Assembly: GCF_001194135.2 (NCBI RefSeq)
Contig: NC_069000.1
Coordinates: 2,489,932-2,553,931, forward strand
Source of the DNA: Octopus bimaculoides
Lineage: Eukaryota
Direction: 5' to 3'
Length of the DNA stretch: 64,000 bases
The notes beneath the pieces were generated by a model. It was not told the DNA's origin. It worked only from the letters and a program-made list of their open reading frames with translations, and did no database searches. A program made the translations under genes and the position numbers. Positions 51,323 through 64,000 of this stretch are shown here, piece by piece; the first letter of the stretch is position 1, and each line of letters starts with the position of its first letter.

Positions 51323-51544
51323 TTTCGCTTAGCCATCGCGATACTAATAACCTGCCGTGAGAAATCAATATACATGTGTTTCAGAACGAAGCGTCAGAGA
51401 ACTACAGAGCGGTAATAAAAAGATAACTAAATGACTAAGGAATAAGTAATTATGTCATGATGTTCGAGATGTAATTTTTGTTATTCCTTAAGCAAGGTAT
51501 TTTATTCCACAATCCCCTAAATCCCTCAGATGGCAAAAATGAGT

Positions 51545-51645
51545 AGTCCCTGTATTTCAAAAGGCCAACCTGTGTTGCAGTATGTCGGGCTGAATCTTTA
51601 GCATCTTACTTTTACGAGTAGCCCGTTTCGTTGACGGAACACAGA
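51545..51645 (+). mobile_element. Probable SINE internal fragment
   Basis: cctgtatttcaaaaggccaacc...ttttacgagtagcccgtttcgttgacgga resembles, from memory only, the body of the family D SINE. Confidence 0.3.
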
Positions 51646-53056
51646 CACACACAACACACACAAACATCTCTCTCTGTATATATGCATGTATGTATATATG
51701 TATATATACCAAACATTTTCCATTCCCATTCCATTTGCCATATATTTCTTGACCCGAAGCAAAAATCCAGAAGACTATTTAGTTAGGCAACACATAGTAA
51801 AACTCCAACCGAGACCTACGTGTTCTCTAAGTGGATTCTATAGCATGATTGCTGTGCCTGCAGATATGTACGCATATTCATTTAACTAATTCATGCATAT
51901 CCTTGCGATTCAAGTTTGATTTATTGTCATATGGTTGTTAGTTTGATCGTACGGGTGCTGTATTTCTGAGAAATTCCTTTTATCTGCACTCCATTAAACC
52001 AAATCTGTGGAAGTGAAAAAACCGTAGAAATTTTGTTGTATAGGATCATGCCATCCCCGTTTTTGTGAAGTAAAAGCAATACATAATTCTGTTTAACATC
52101 AACACGTGAGATATAGGTCAGATGGTAAGGCTAAATGCATTGAAGCTCGACATTATTGTGACATAAAGTTATGGACGCTGAACAAAATAAATAAGAATCT
52201 TTGGTGTTTACCGCATTAACACTTTAATCAATTTAAAATGATTTTAAGAAGCATTAAATCACTATCGCAAAACTCAGCATTCCAGTTTATGGTTCTTTCT
52301 GTTTCGACAGAAGACTGAACAAAGCAATCAAATACTATACATTGTATTGCTTCAGGAATCTTTGTACAATATTCCTTCAAATTACGTTTATACCAATAAA
52401 AAAAAAATTATACACTTTCATTATTGCACTTATAAATCAAACTTCGCTGCAAAAGAGACGCCTTTACCATGCAGTCAACAGCATAAGACAAATGAATGTG
52501 TTCAGGATGATAAACTTGCTTTCCAATGGCGGAAGACAACGTTCTTAAAATAACAAAACAAAAACATTAGAATTTGGGTAAAAATAATCCGATTAGGTTA
52601 AATTTAAATTTGTCTTAAAGAATAAGAGGAAAACAATTTTAAAAGCTTTACGACACAAGGGAATGGTGCCAATGAAAAGTACGAATTCATTTACGTCATA
52701 ACTAGTACTACATTAATCATTCTTGAAAATATTTCTTAAACCTGATAAATGTGCTGCCATCTGTTATTTTTAGTTTGTTGTCTTCTGTAAATAAATTTTC
52801 TATTCCTTTATTTTGGTATAAATGATTTTGGCACACAAACACATGGGAGGAGTCATACGCATATTAATAAGGAGAAATATATAAAGAAACACATGAGGGA
52901 ATATGCATGTATGCATACACGCAGAAAAAAGATCCACACGTTCTCGTACAGACACATGCAGAGACTTGAGCGTGCATACTCATGAATTTTCATAAAGAGA
53001 AAGGTAGGTATAATAAAATTAACCAATCCACATGAATATATACATACATACGCACG

Positions 53057-53093
<37 letters not shown>

Positions 53094-53157
53094 AAATGAT
53101 ATATAAGCATGTGCATGTATATCTACATCTACATGTATATATAGATGCATATTCGGG

Positions 53158-53250
53158 TACAGGACGTTAGAAAATTGAACGGGAGCATAAAAACAAAACG
53201 CACTTTGTTTACAGACAGTGAAACTTAGTCATAATTTGAAAATGTTTCAC
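53158..53250 (+). mobile_element. Possible Tc1/mariner-type MITE end
   Basis: tacaggacgttagaaaattgaacggga begins TA-CAG like Tc1/mariner TIRs; no partner TIR found. Confidence 0.25.
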
Positions 53251-55357
53251 TTTCAATGATACATACATACACACACACATAAGCACATAGTCACATATTT
53301 TTGTGTTTGTCGATATATTGTGAACATCCGTTTCTGTTGGTGAGAATGCATAAAAAAGTATATATGTCTATACTTCTATGTGCATGAGCATGTTTCCGAT
53401 GTATATTTGTGTTAAAATCAAGTACGTTTTGAAATCAGTGGAGCGATTCCCAGAAGTATTTTTTTATATATATATATTATATAAACAAGACAAAGAAGAC
53501 ATATTTTCGTGATAGAATCATGGAATTGTCAGACCCACCGAGACAAATATTATCTTTTCAAACTTTAAATTTACTTGTATCAGTAAAATAAACAATATTT
53601 TGTGTACCTTAGAATTCCAAATAAAATTGGTCAAACGCAAAATACACACTATTCTGTGCTGTAAGACAATTCTCGCTTGTGGATGTCTGCTGACGAACAG
53701 CCGAGTGGTGAACACAAATACCATATCCTCTATAAAATATGAAGCTTCACTTAACAGTTTTATCAATGTTTATTTCGAATCAATCTCTCTAGATGTATTC
53801 TACGAGATCTTCAAAGTAATAACATCATATTTAAAGTGCAATGAATCTCAATAACGACGTAGAAACTTATACCGACCAGACACGGTAATTTCCTGTATAG
53901 CTTTATTATTTTTTAAAGATAATAATATATATTATTTAAATCAAAGTTTCTGCAGTCAAAGGTAAAAAAAATGAGAAATATAAAATTCATGCATCTGTAT
54001 TTATAATTATTAAGCACAGAATAATAATTTATCTTAAATATCAGTTGAAATGTTATTTTTTCTTTAATCTCATCGATTTTGAATAGATAAGATAAAAAAA
54101 GTATCTCTTGATATACTTATGTGATATATTTAGTTTCCATAATTGACATAATTATATAATATATAGTGAAGTCATGTCTCTTTCATCTTTATGAATTTCT
54201 TGTGTTGTTGATTATGCTTCACGTTTATATATGTTATTCTGCAGAGACTAAGGTGTTGTAATTTTGACTTACAGTCGTCTACTGAATAAAAATAAATTCT
54301 TTCATGTTCATCAAATATTCTAATTAATTCATTAAGGAAGTAGTAAATTTGTTATTATGAGATTAAATTACGAGTTAGAAACATTGCGTATATTACCTGA
54401 TCTTAACTTTGACTGACATCAATGTTATAATGGTTTCTTGTACAAAAGAACACACACTAACACACACACACATACACGATCTCTCTCTCTCACACATAAA
54501 ATTACACACACATACACATACACGTACGTATTACGCATGATTATGTATCATAATGAACGTTAACTATCAAAAATTCCGCATGCAAGATAGATTTCCGAAA
54601 ACTGAAGTAAGTATGGCGTCAAACAACCCGTCGCGTTTTATAGAATTTCAAAAGCAGATCTTAAATTTGGCTATTTTATCTATTATTGTTGCTGATTAGA
54701 CATTAGAAGTGTTTACAGTTTTGTATATATTAGACAAAGCACTTCCCAGGCTTTCGTTAATCACTGAATTTCCTTCTTCGCATGTGCAAATATAGCCTAA
54801 GCAATATTTCAAAGACAAATGTCAGACGTACTTCGGTCGTCTTCAATAATTTCAAATTGTGTACTCGAATACTGTATTCTCTCCTTGTAAATGTTTCTCT
54901 TTTTATCTGTCTGTCGGTCAGTCATTTCTCTCTTTGTGTGTCTTTCTGCCTCTGTCTGTCTCTGTGTGTGTCTCTCTCACTCCACACACACCCATACATG
55001 TTTCCTCTGCTATTGGTTTAAGACAGAGGCTGAGCCTACACTGGAGCACCGCCTTTCAGTGTGATTGAGTTACTATATATATATATATNNNNNNNNNNGG
55101 CCGCGACAGATTAGAAAGCGTGTTTTAATGTGGACAAATAAGTACTTTTCTACTCCCTTCTCTTACTTTTTTTTAATAACTAATAAAATCTCTCGCTTGC
55201 TTTACATCATTTTCGTACCAAGGAGAAAAGTCCGTTTGTTTGTATTTTATTTTTATTTCAAAAACAATGGCTATTTAACACGTTAGAGTTCGGCTTTAAC
55301 TGCTCTTTCTCCCTTTCTTTGTCTTTATCTCCTTTATCTCTGTGCGTGTATATATAC

Positions 55358-55389
<32 letters not shown>

Positions 55390-55787
55390 GTATGTGTGTG
55401 TGTGTGTATAGATAGATAGATATATACATATACATATACGGGTGTGCGTGTATTTATTTGTGTGTGTGTGTCTCTCGCTCTCCTCATTACCTCAATATAC
55501 GATTGCTTCCTGTTATAAACATTTATCGCATTCCAATTTACCTGTCCATTTGATACATAAAAATCGTTAAAGTAATTACATAAAAGAAATAAAATGTGTT
55601 AGATATGATCGACTAAAATACTTCTGATGGGTGTGTCCTAATACGACCTCTGTCCTGAGTTTACAAATCGTAATGGATTATACATATATGTATATGTATA
55701 TATGCACACATACATTTTATATATATATATACATTCAATTAGTCGTTCCAAACACTTGACTGCGATCATACATACCTACATATAATA

Positions 55788-55843
<56 letters not shown>

Positions 55844-56787
55844 TGTGTGTATTTAAGTATGTATGTACGCATGCATATATGCCGTCAAGAGACGAATTTC
55901 TACTCTTGTTCTATGTACCAAGACACGTTAATGTTCAAACATTAATAAGAGACAAATTGATATGTCTCTTAAACATTTATCTCTAATGATGAATTAGGAT
56001 TCATTGCGATTTTGAAAAACCTACATCAAAAGTTAATTTTGACTTCATTACAGAATGAAAAATTACTGTAAGCAATAATATTTTACATTACTTAAACTGA
56101 AGTTCACTTAATTTCACTTAATTTCATTAGTGATATTAGATGTATAAGAGATATTCGTATGGCAGTATCATTTAATGTATCGAGAGAAAATTGTTCATTC
56201 AGGCATATGAGTAAATCAATAAGAAGCTGATTGAAAGAAAACATAAAATAAAATAAAAATCATTAGAAAATATAAGAGAAAAATATAATTATTTTTCTTT
56301 ATATAGACGTGTTGAAACCAATATATAGACGAAATAAATTATATTGAATTAAATGGCGATGTTCTTTATCGGAAGTGGTTTAGCGGAATAAACGAAGAGG
56401 GTTTGACACAAAGGATATTAAATTCAGAGGTTATGTCATACGTTAATACGAAAAGAAATACATATAGCTAATATTATAGTATGTATTAGTATGTTAGTGA
56501 CTTACAGAACAAATCATTCACATATACATATAGATATATATAGGCAGAATAAGCAGCGCGAATGTAAATCGGAAATACTAGGTCATGAATATGAAGGAAA
56601 AACATTTCATAACAGATTGGGTTTATATTTTTTCAAGAAATCTCAATAAAAATGGAAATAATTTCATAATGAAAGCGATAAAAGGTGGAAATGAATGCAT
56701 ACAATAGAGATACACTCAGACAAGTACAACACACACACACACACCCACCTGTACATATGGATGCAGAAATACACACACGCATACGCA

Positions 56788-56824
<37 letters not shown>

Positions 56825-58715
56825 TCATACACACATGTATAAGTATAAATATTAATACATGTATATTAAAATACACATATATCTATATATATATATATTT
56901 ATGAAATGTATACAACGCTCGCTATGTTTAAATGTGCATACCTGTTGCGTTTCCTCAGTGCACGTAAGTAACACACACACACAAATATATATATAAGTAT
57001 ATTAAGTATATGATTTAAGTCATAGAACGAGGTTCGACAAATTCAATCATATTTTTCATAAATGGAGGAGATTAGATGTTAATATGGGGTGAAATATTCA
57101 TTCAATTCGCTAGACAATCGTTTCGTACAGAACGACAATAAATTCGTTTTAAGAAACTGAGTTGCCAAAGAGTACTCATCAGTTGCACAATAAGCAAAAA
57201 ATAAGAACTTAATAAAAAAGGTGGATTTTAGAATTACATGGGCATTGTGTTCTTACTAATTTTGAATGTGTAGTTGTTATAGGAGTCATGTCTATTCAAA
57301 ACACGGCTAATGGGCAACAGTTAGGCGATGTTATATATAACATAGAAATATAAGTAACGTTCTGTCTATAGCTGAGTGTATTTGAACTAGTTTTAAACTT
57401 CATATAAGAAGTAAGAAGTAAGAAGCAAGTGGGGTTGAAAATCCAAATAAGGATTACTAATCGTTTTGGCTTTTTTATACATCCTCAAAAATGTTTAAGA
57501 GACCTCATAAATGGTTAGTACTATATAAACTTCATTTTAGAATGTTTATGTAAATGACATGTCAGAAATATAGAGGGAGATAATTTACAGAAAATAGATA
57601 AAGCAGTAAAAATTACTAGTAACTAGGCGATTAAAACGGCAGTATAAGAAAAGTATAAAACATTATAAGGATGATAAATAAATATATGAACATTAGTGGG
57701 TATATTAATTATAATGTTCGCTGCTAAAACTATACAATATCTATGAAATAGTATATAGAAAAAAATATATCGAAAAGATTAGAGAATAATTTTAGAGAAA
57801 GAAAATATTATCGAAAATTGACTAGTGTAGGGGAGATAATAAACGAGGAAACAGTCTAGCTTATATCTGCTAAGATATTGGAAAAACTAGAAATATTGAT
57901 ATAATATGTATATGGTCATTGTTACTCACACTTTTTTTTTCTTGTGTCATATATAGTTTTACATGTAAAGGGTTGTGCATGTAGAAACCGGTGCAACTAA
58001 AGATGCATGTATAAATACCACGATTTTTGTGCAAGTAAAACAAAAATTGTATGCATATATTTGCGTATATACACATATACAATTTATACACTCACAATTA
58101 TGAACAAAAGAGTAAGCAGACATCGAAGCATACGATAATGCATATATACACCCTCTAGAAGACAGTGACAAAGAGATACTTTTATACACTGATCACCTGT
58201 ACCCACATAACCACATGTACCTAAAGGCTTTCTATACATATGTCTGAATTTATAGTGGCGAGGTAGATATAAAGATACATTATTATATTACAAAACAAAA
58301 ATATTCATTATGGAAAAATATATATAAAAATCATATTTCAAAAATATTTATATCTATCATAAACATTTGAATAAAAAAACACAAATAAAAATAGTTGTAA
58401 AAATACTTATAAATCTAGGTTGCTAAAAAGTATCTATATATAAAATAATTAATTTTAAAAATTATATAAAAAAGATTCTATGAACACTATAGCGGAGATC
58501 ATAATCAAACAGTTAACTATGATTTATTATGTATAATCATATACAGAAATACTTCTGTACATATGGGAAAAGTATCCAACTACACAAGGTGCATTTTTTT
58601 AGATCTGAGAATATATAAAAATAGATATGCACATTTAACAATTGGAATTACAGAAGATTGCTTATGGGCAAAGAATGCATTGATGGGTACATTTACAAGG
58701 TTTTAATACGAAATA

Positions 58716-58760
<45 letters not shown>

Positions 58761-59871
58761 AGGTATGCCATAGAGAATCCGACATCAGAGCAAGGGACGC
58801 AAATGTCGGTAGCGATGTTCGAATCTCCGATTCACTAATCTTTAACACTAGCAGAGACATGTGGAAATGAAATATCATAAACCAATATTCCCAGCAAGAC
58901 GGGGCTCCAGCATGATCGCAGTGTCTGGATAAAATTGTTAAAGTATCAAAATTTCCATATTACTATGCAAATAACGTCGCAGTTTAGTAATAAGTAATAT
59001 CAAGATATAAATCTATCTTAGAATCGAGAGAATTTTGGATTCATATTTTTGAAATCATATTAGTTATTTTTCCTTCTTTTATGCCTAATGCAAAAGTGTA
59101 AGAATTCTGAAATAGATTTATTCTTACTATATGTAGCTGACTTGCTAGATTTAAGATGAAAGATTAAAGTCAACGAGACATTCCACTGTCAACAGCACCA
59201 ATGTGCATAACGCGTTTTCCATCTCAATAGAACGCATTATAGGAATATACGTTATATTCAACGAAACGAAAATGCGTAGTAGCCTAATATTCCATTGGGT
59301 GTAGTTTTTTTTTTATTTCCCCCCTCCCTTTTATAGACATGCTGCCATTAATGTCAACTTTATATAGAGCCATATATATGATAGTAGCTTTAAAGATAAA
59401 AGTGTATCAATACATCATGAATACAAATAAGCCCGTCTCTCTCTTTGAATAAAATACAAATTCCTAACATCAAAGACGCTACATGATGCGGAAAGAGTCG
59501 CTAAAATGATAGGAATAAAAAAGGGCCAATACTAAAACTGCTTCTGTTTTATTTTATATTTATTTCGTTCTCGAGTTTTGCACATAAACGTAGAATATGG
59601 GAGAGGGGAGAAAAGTGATCTAGCTTCATTGCATTTCGTTTAGAATGCTTGTTAAAGCAGCAGACACTCAAACTTGTAATGTATTCAAGCACATATAGTT
59701 TGCTGAGGTATATAACAGTTTACTGAGATAGCAATTCAACATCTGATGTTTCCTGAAATGATAAGTGATATGGTTGGGAAAATTACAATTCAGGAGAGAA
59801 GGGGACTTTCACGTAAAACGTGTTTTCATATAAAATAAATGAGACTATTTTTCTTTTTTCTCTTTCGTGTC

Positions 59872-59872
<1 letters not shown>

Positions 59873-59950
<78 letters not shown>
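59873..59950. repeat. (TTA)n
   Basis: Directly visible. Confidence 0.95.
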
Positions 59951-59951
<1 letters not shown>

Positions 59952-60960
59952 TTTATTTTCGTGTTCTTTCCTCTCTTCGTCTTCTGCCGTCTCGTTTCCT
60001 CCTACGTAAGCACCACCAACACAATACGTTGACATCACTCTGTACGCACATGCATATGGCTGTATACATACTCACATTCACTTACGTAGCTATGAAAAGC
60101 ACGTGTGAGTGCCTCTGTACATACATAGATACATACAGTTTTTACACAGATACACACACGTATATATGTGTGTATATATACTTATAGTATATATGTGCAC
60201 ATATGCACATACATGCACACATACAGACAGGTATATGTATATATACAAAAACATAAACCTATATACTGGTAGTTTATATGCATATGGAACCTCCATGTAT
60301 AGAGTGAAGAAAGGTACACAATGCATTGGACAGATAATAATTATAATTTGAGTCTTGCTCAAAATGTGAACAAGCCGTACACACATATACATATATATAT
60401 ATTTATATATATATATATATATATATACATATGTGTGTGTGTGTGTATACATGAGATGTCAGGGAAAGGAAGGGAATTCAGCGTCAAAGAGAGAATGCAT
60501 GAAAGCATGTCTAAAGAAGATAGCTATTCATCAGGTTTTTTTTATCGATTAATTTAGGCTTCGCCCTCTTCTCCCACACGACATCTCTCTCTTCCTCTCG
60601 TTTCCCTTCAGTGCGTTATTCGTTATCGCCTTAACGCATTTGTAACATTGCACAATGAGGCTGAAATACAAAATGTAATTGAAAAACAAAAACAAAATAG
60701 CATGTATATCATTTAGAATGGCATTTTTTTTTCTGAGACAAAGATTGCATTTGTAATCAAGGTGAGGGTATTTTATATATGACAGTCCAATGAACAGCTT
60801 GGAGCAGACATGAGTGATGGATATATACTTTTCATTCATGCGTCACAAGGAAATTAGTATTTCCTTCGACCTAACCTCTTTAGCAAGAATTGAAAAAACT
60901 GGAAAATATTTCCGCGACCAGGGCTATATTTGTTGATTATGGATTCCTACTTTGCCTTCT

Positions 60961-61390
60961 TTTCGTTTACCTCTGGCAGTCATTAGACAACGGCCATGCT
61001 AGAGCACCACCTTGAGGAACTGTTAGTCGAATAAAACGACCCCAGTGCTTGCTTTATTCTTAAAATCTCGCTACTTATTCTCCTGGATACTTTTACTGAA
61101 CCGCCAAGTCACGGGGAAGTAAACACACCAACACCGGTTTTCAAGTGGTGGTGAGGAACAAACATAAACACACACAAGCACAAACACCCACTCTCTCTCT
61201 CACACTCATACTCATGCACACACAAACATACACTCATATATATATATGTATACGACGAACTTCTTTCACTTTCCGTCACTCACAATCACTCACATGACTC
61301 TGATCGCTCTGAGGTTATACCAAAAGATACACAGTGGGACAAACCGCGGAACTATGTGGCTGAGAAGCAAACAACTTAGCACACAGCCAT
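60961..61390 (-). mobile_element. SINE family B, near full length, degenerate
   Basis: cagtcattagacaacggccatgctagagcaccacc...gtcacggggaagtaaacacaccaacaccggtt...internal AC/TA tract...tatacgacgaacttctttca...acacagcca, collinear with 1712-2231. Confidence 0.85.
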
Positions 61391-63683
61391 ATCTATACCA
61401 ACGCCTACATGCACATTTTTCAATTAGATCATTTAAAAGCTATTTTGAGAATGGTATTAAGGTTAATTTTCTCATTAAGAAATACTCTTTTCTTTACCGT
61501 CATTCTAGATTGAAATATTTCTATTGGACGCTTTTTTATTAGATCGCTGCTAAGCTTTATACCTAAGGAATAAAAGACCTGCTGTCGTCTCTACCAACTA
61601 CACCACATTGTTTGGATAACCTTTCAACTTGTGTACGTTTAAGGTGCATAGTATAATCTATATCCACTGACAGTTACATGCAGCGGATCCGTTGGAGGGG
61701 CTGTAGTCTCTTCCTGGGGCCAGTTGTGGGATGAACATGTTTTGTTATTTTAAAATATTGTGTAACCAGACTGTTTCTCCCCCTCTACACACATTCGTCT
61801 CTCTTTGTAGGATAAAGCGTGCTGCAGTGCAATTTGATTGAAATGAAGTTGTTATTTCGGGCTCATTTGATTACGATGATGCGATTCCCTATTTCGCTTG
61901 TTGTAACCAATGTTACAATGAAAATGTATAGTGTTGTGAAATTAATTGATCTCATCAATATTCAATTAATAAATATTTGATTTGTTAAAAAAAAATGCCA
62001 AAAGATAGCCACGAACAAAAATACAATACAAACATAGTGCCATGACGATTGCTTAACTCTCGGTCGACCCTGGTCGAGAAGATCCATAATAAAATTCACC
62101 ATAGTCAAACCCATCCAGTATTGTTTCCGATATATATCGCAGATAAACCTATCCAATAAACAGTGCAGCATTTCAAGGAGATTCGTTTGCTATTTCTAGC
62201 GTGATGAATGTATACGCAAATTCTCTATTATTAGCTCATGAAAATACAAGTAATTTTGTAAAACACAAATATTTGAGACAGCAGAACATAAAACAGCGGA
62301 ACATAATTTTCTGTGCATTAAAACTGTTGCAAACCAAATACTAAACGAAATAATTTGTTAAATTATTAGTAATACGTTGTGAGTTGTCTTGTATGAGGTT
62401 TATTGTTAAATTTAGTCATGGTATTTATAATTAATAACTGAAACCAATTTAGAAATACTGGAAAAATGCCACGATTTTATAGCATAAACTGATATGTGTT
62501 CGAAATAAACAACACATTTTGAATTTGTTGTTAACAAAACAAATTAAATCAAATAAATAATTAATTTTAATGAATTAGTCTGAAAGAATGGACAATGTTC
62601 ATGAATTTTACGGGCCCTCAGAGACTGATAAGCTTGATAACTTTAATGTACTATTTAAGCTGTTACAGGTTAACCCATTTCGGAAAGAAAAACGTAGGGA
62701 GTGAATTAAAGAGAGACGATATTCTTGGTGTAAAGATTGAGAATATTTGAGAATTTCCCTATATTTTATGTACGACTTTGCCTTTAGAACCCAAAGCTCA
62801 GCGTTGGTACTACTATACTTTGTGTTTCTTACCAGTAATCTGGGTTCAAATGTAGCCTTATGAACAAATATTTCTTAAAGATTTACGAACGCGATTGTAA
62901 GAGATCACGTTATAGATAAATGCCTTTAAATTTATATTTATTTTTATAGTTAACAATGTATATTTCATTATGTAACCCTTCATAATATTCTGCTGTGATG
63001 ATAAGTATTTTCCTCGAACTCTGTGTTAAATCTGTTGTTCAATCTTGTAGCCTTGATTCACAAGGAGCAACTATAAACAAGGTTTATGTTCAGAAGTTCT
63101 TCACCTAATGACGTAATGCTATTACATTTAATTTTTAGTATAGATGTGATATTGTCATTTCTCTCTTTGTTGTTTAGTTGGTGTCGTCGAACTGATATGA
63201 TATGATACTCATGCAGACAGATCCTATTCTTTGAAGCACACCACGCTGTTCAATACAGAACCTGTCATAGAGGTTGTTGCTGTGGATATACGTACCTTCC
63301 AAGGACTTATAGCCAAGCCACAGATTTCTTCAAGTGTCCAAATGTTAGTACTAGCATTTGCACTGCGAATGCATTGTGGGATATAGTTTTATTGACTGAT
63401 GATGTATCCGACTTCCATACTTTCTGAAGACTGCTTAAAATTCTTTTTGTCACTCATGCTTTATTCACAGCATGGATGGAGGCAATTTTCTAGTTTATTC
63501 CGAAATATGTATGACATTCGTCGTTACTGATTGGGAAAATAGGCAGCCTATCCGTATTGCTTGCTTCATTGACAATATTAAGTACGAGCAATTATCCTGA
63601 CCACACCTCATTCCTGTGTCACGTGGAAATGTTGCCACAGATTATAACAACATCTTGGTGTCAGATATTAATGACGGCTTAAT

Positions 63684-63747
63684 GTCAAATCTAATCGACT
63701 GGCACCCTTCCCCAAAATTTCGGCCGTTGTGACTAGATTAGAAAAGA
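63684..63747 (+). mobile_element. SINE family A, 3' fragment
   Basis: tctaatcgactggcacccttccccaaaatttcggccgttgtgactagattagaaaag. Confidence 0.7.
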
Positions 63748-64000
63748 CAGCACCTTCGAAAGAGTAGGTAAACAACAGCCGAATGTTTTAGCTACATTCT
63801 GTCCTGTCTCACTCACAAAGTTTACATAGAACTGAAGATGTAGAACATAGCCTTTGCATAACGTGCTGTGCATTGTTATCGAAACCGAAAGAACTTTCTA
63901 CCGAAAGACTTGGTAATTCAAACAAATTGTGCTTACACACACACAAACGCACCATACGGCATGTGCGCATAGATATGGACTGCCACGGATACACAACTCC

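Noticed and set aside
57500-58650. Strong A-rich strand skew suggesting a decayed LINE ORF or organellar insert
   Set aside because: Translations are stop-rich with no RT, endonuclease or mitochondrial motifs
58779-58809. CCGACAT/ATGTCGG stem-loop
   Set aside because: Only 7 bp with a 17-nt loop; expected by chance in 64 kb
63180-63480. Higher-complexity stretch with 40-55 codon open frames on both strands
   Set aside because: No recognisable motif and no clear frame bias

Overview
AT-rich, microsatellite-saturated animal DNA with 13 N-gaps, nearly all flanked by simple repeats (short-read draft assembly). The repeat families look like those of a coleoid cephalopod, most likely Octopus (my recognition, not a database result). 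I find no supportable intact protein-coding gene. The ORF track is almost entirely translated microsatellites and gaps, so the window is probably intergenic or inside a very large intron. It holds about 25 copies or fragments of at least five tRNA-derived SINE families, an RTE-type tail, a CR1-group LINE 3' end, an internally inverted mariner remnant and a Helentron/DINE-like element. The best signals are two degenerate minimal hammerhead-ribozyme motifs of the Penelope-like-element (PLE) type. One (32384-32434) sits at the edge of a ~340-390 bp-arm inverted repeat. The other (47468-47513) lies back-to-back with a tRNA-like Pol III head, suggesting a PLE-mobilised SINE/retrozyme family. There is also a ~1.1 kb decayed reading frame of unknown origin (8250-9422). 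SINE family labels A-D and V-like are my own working names.
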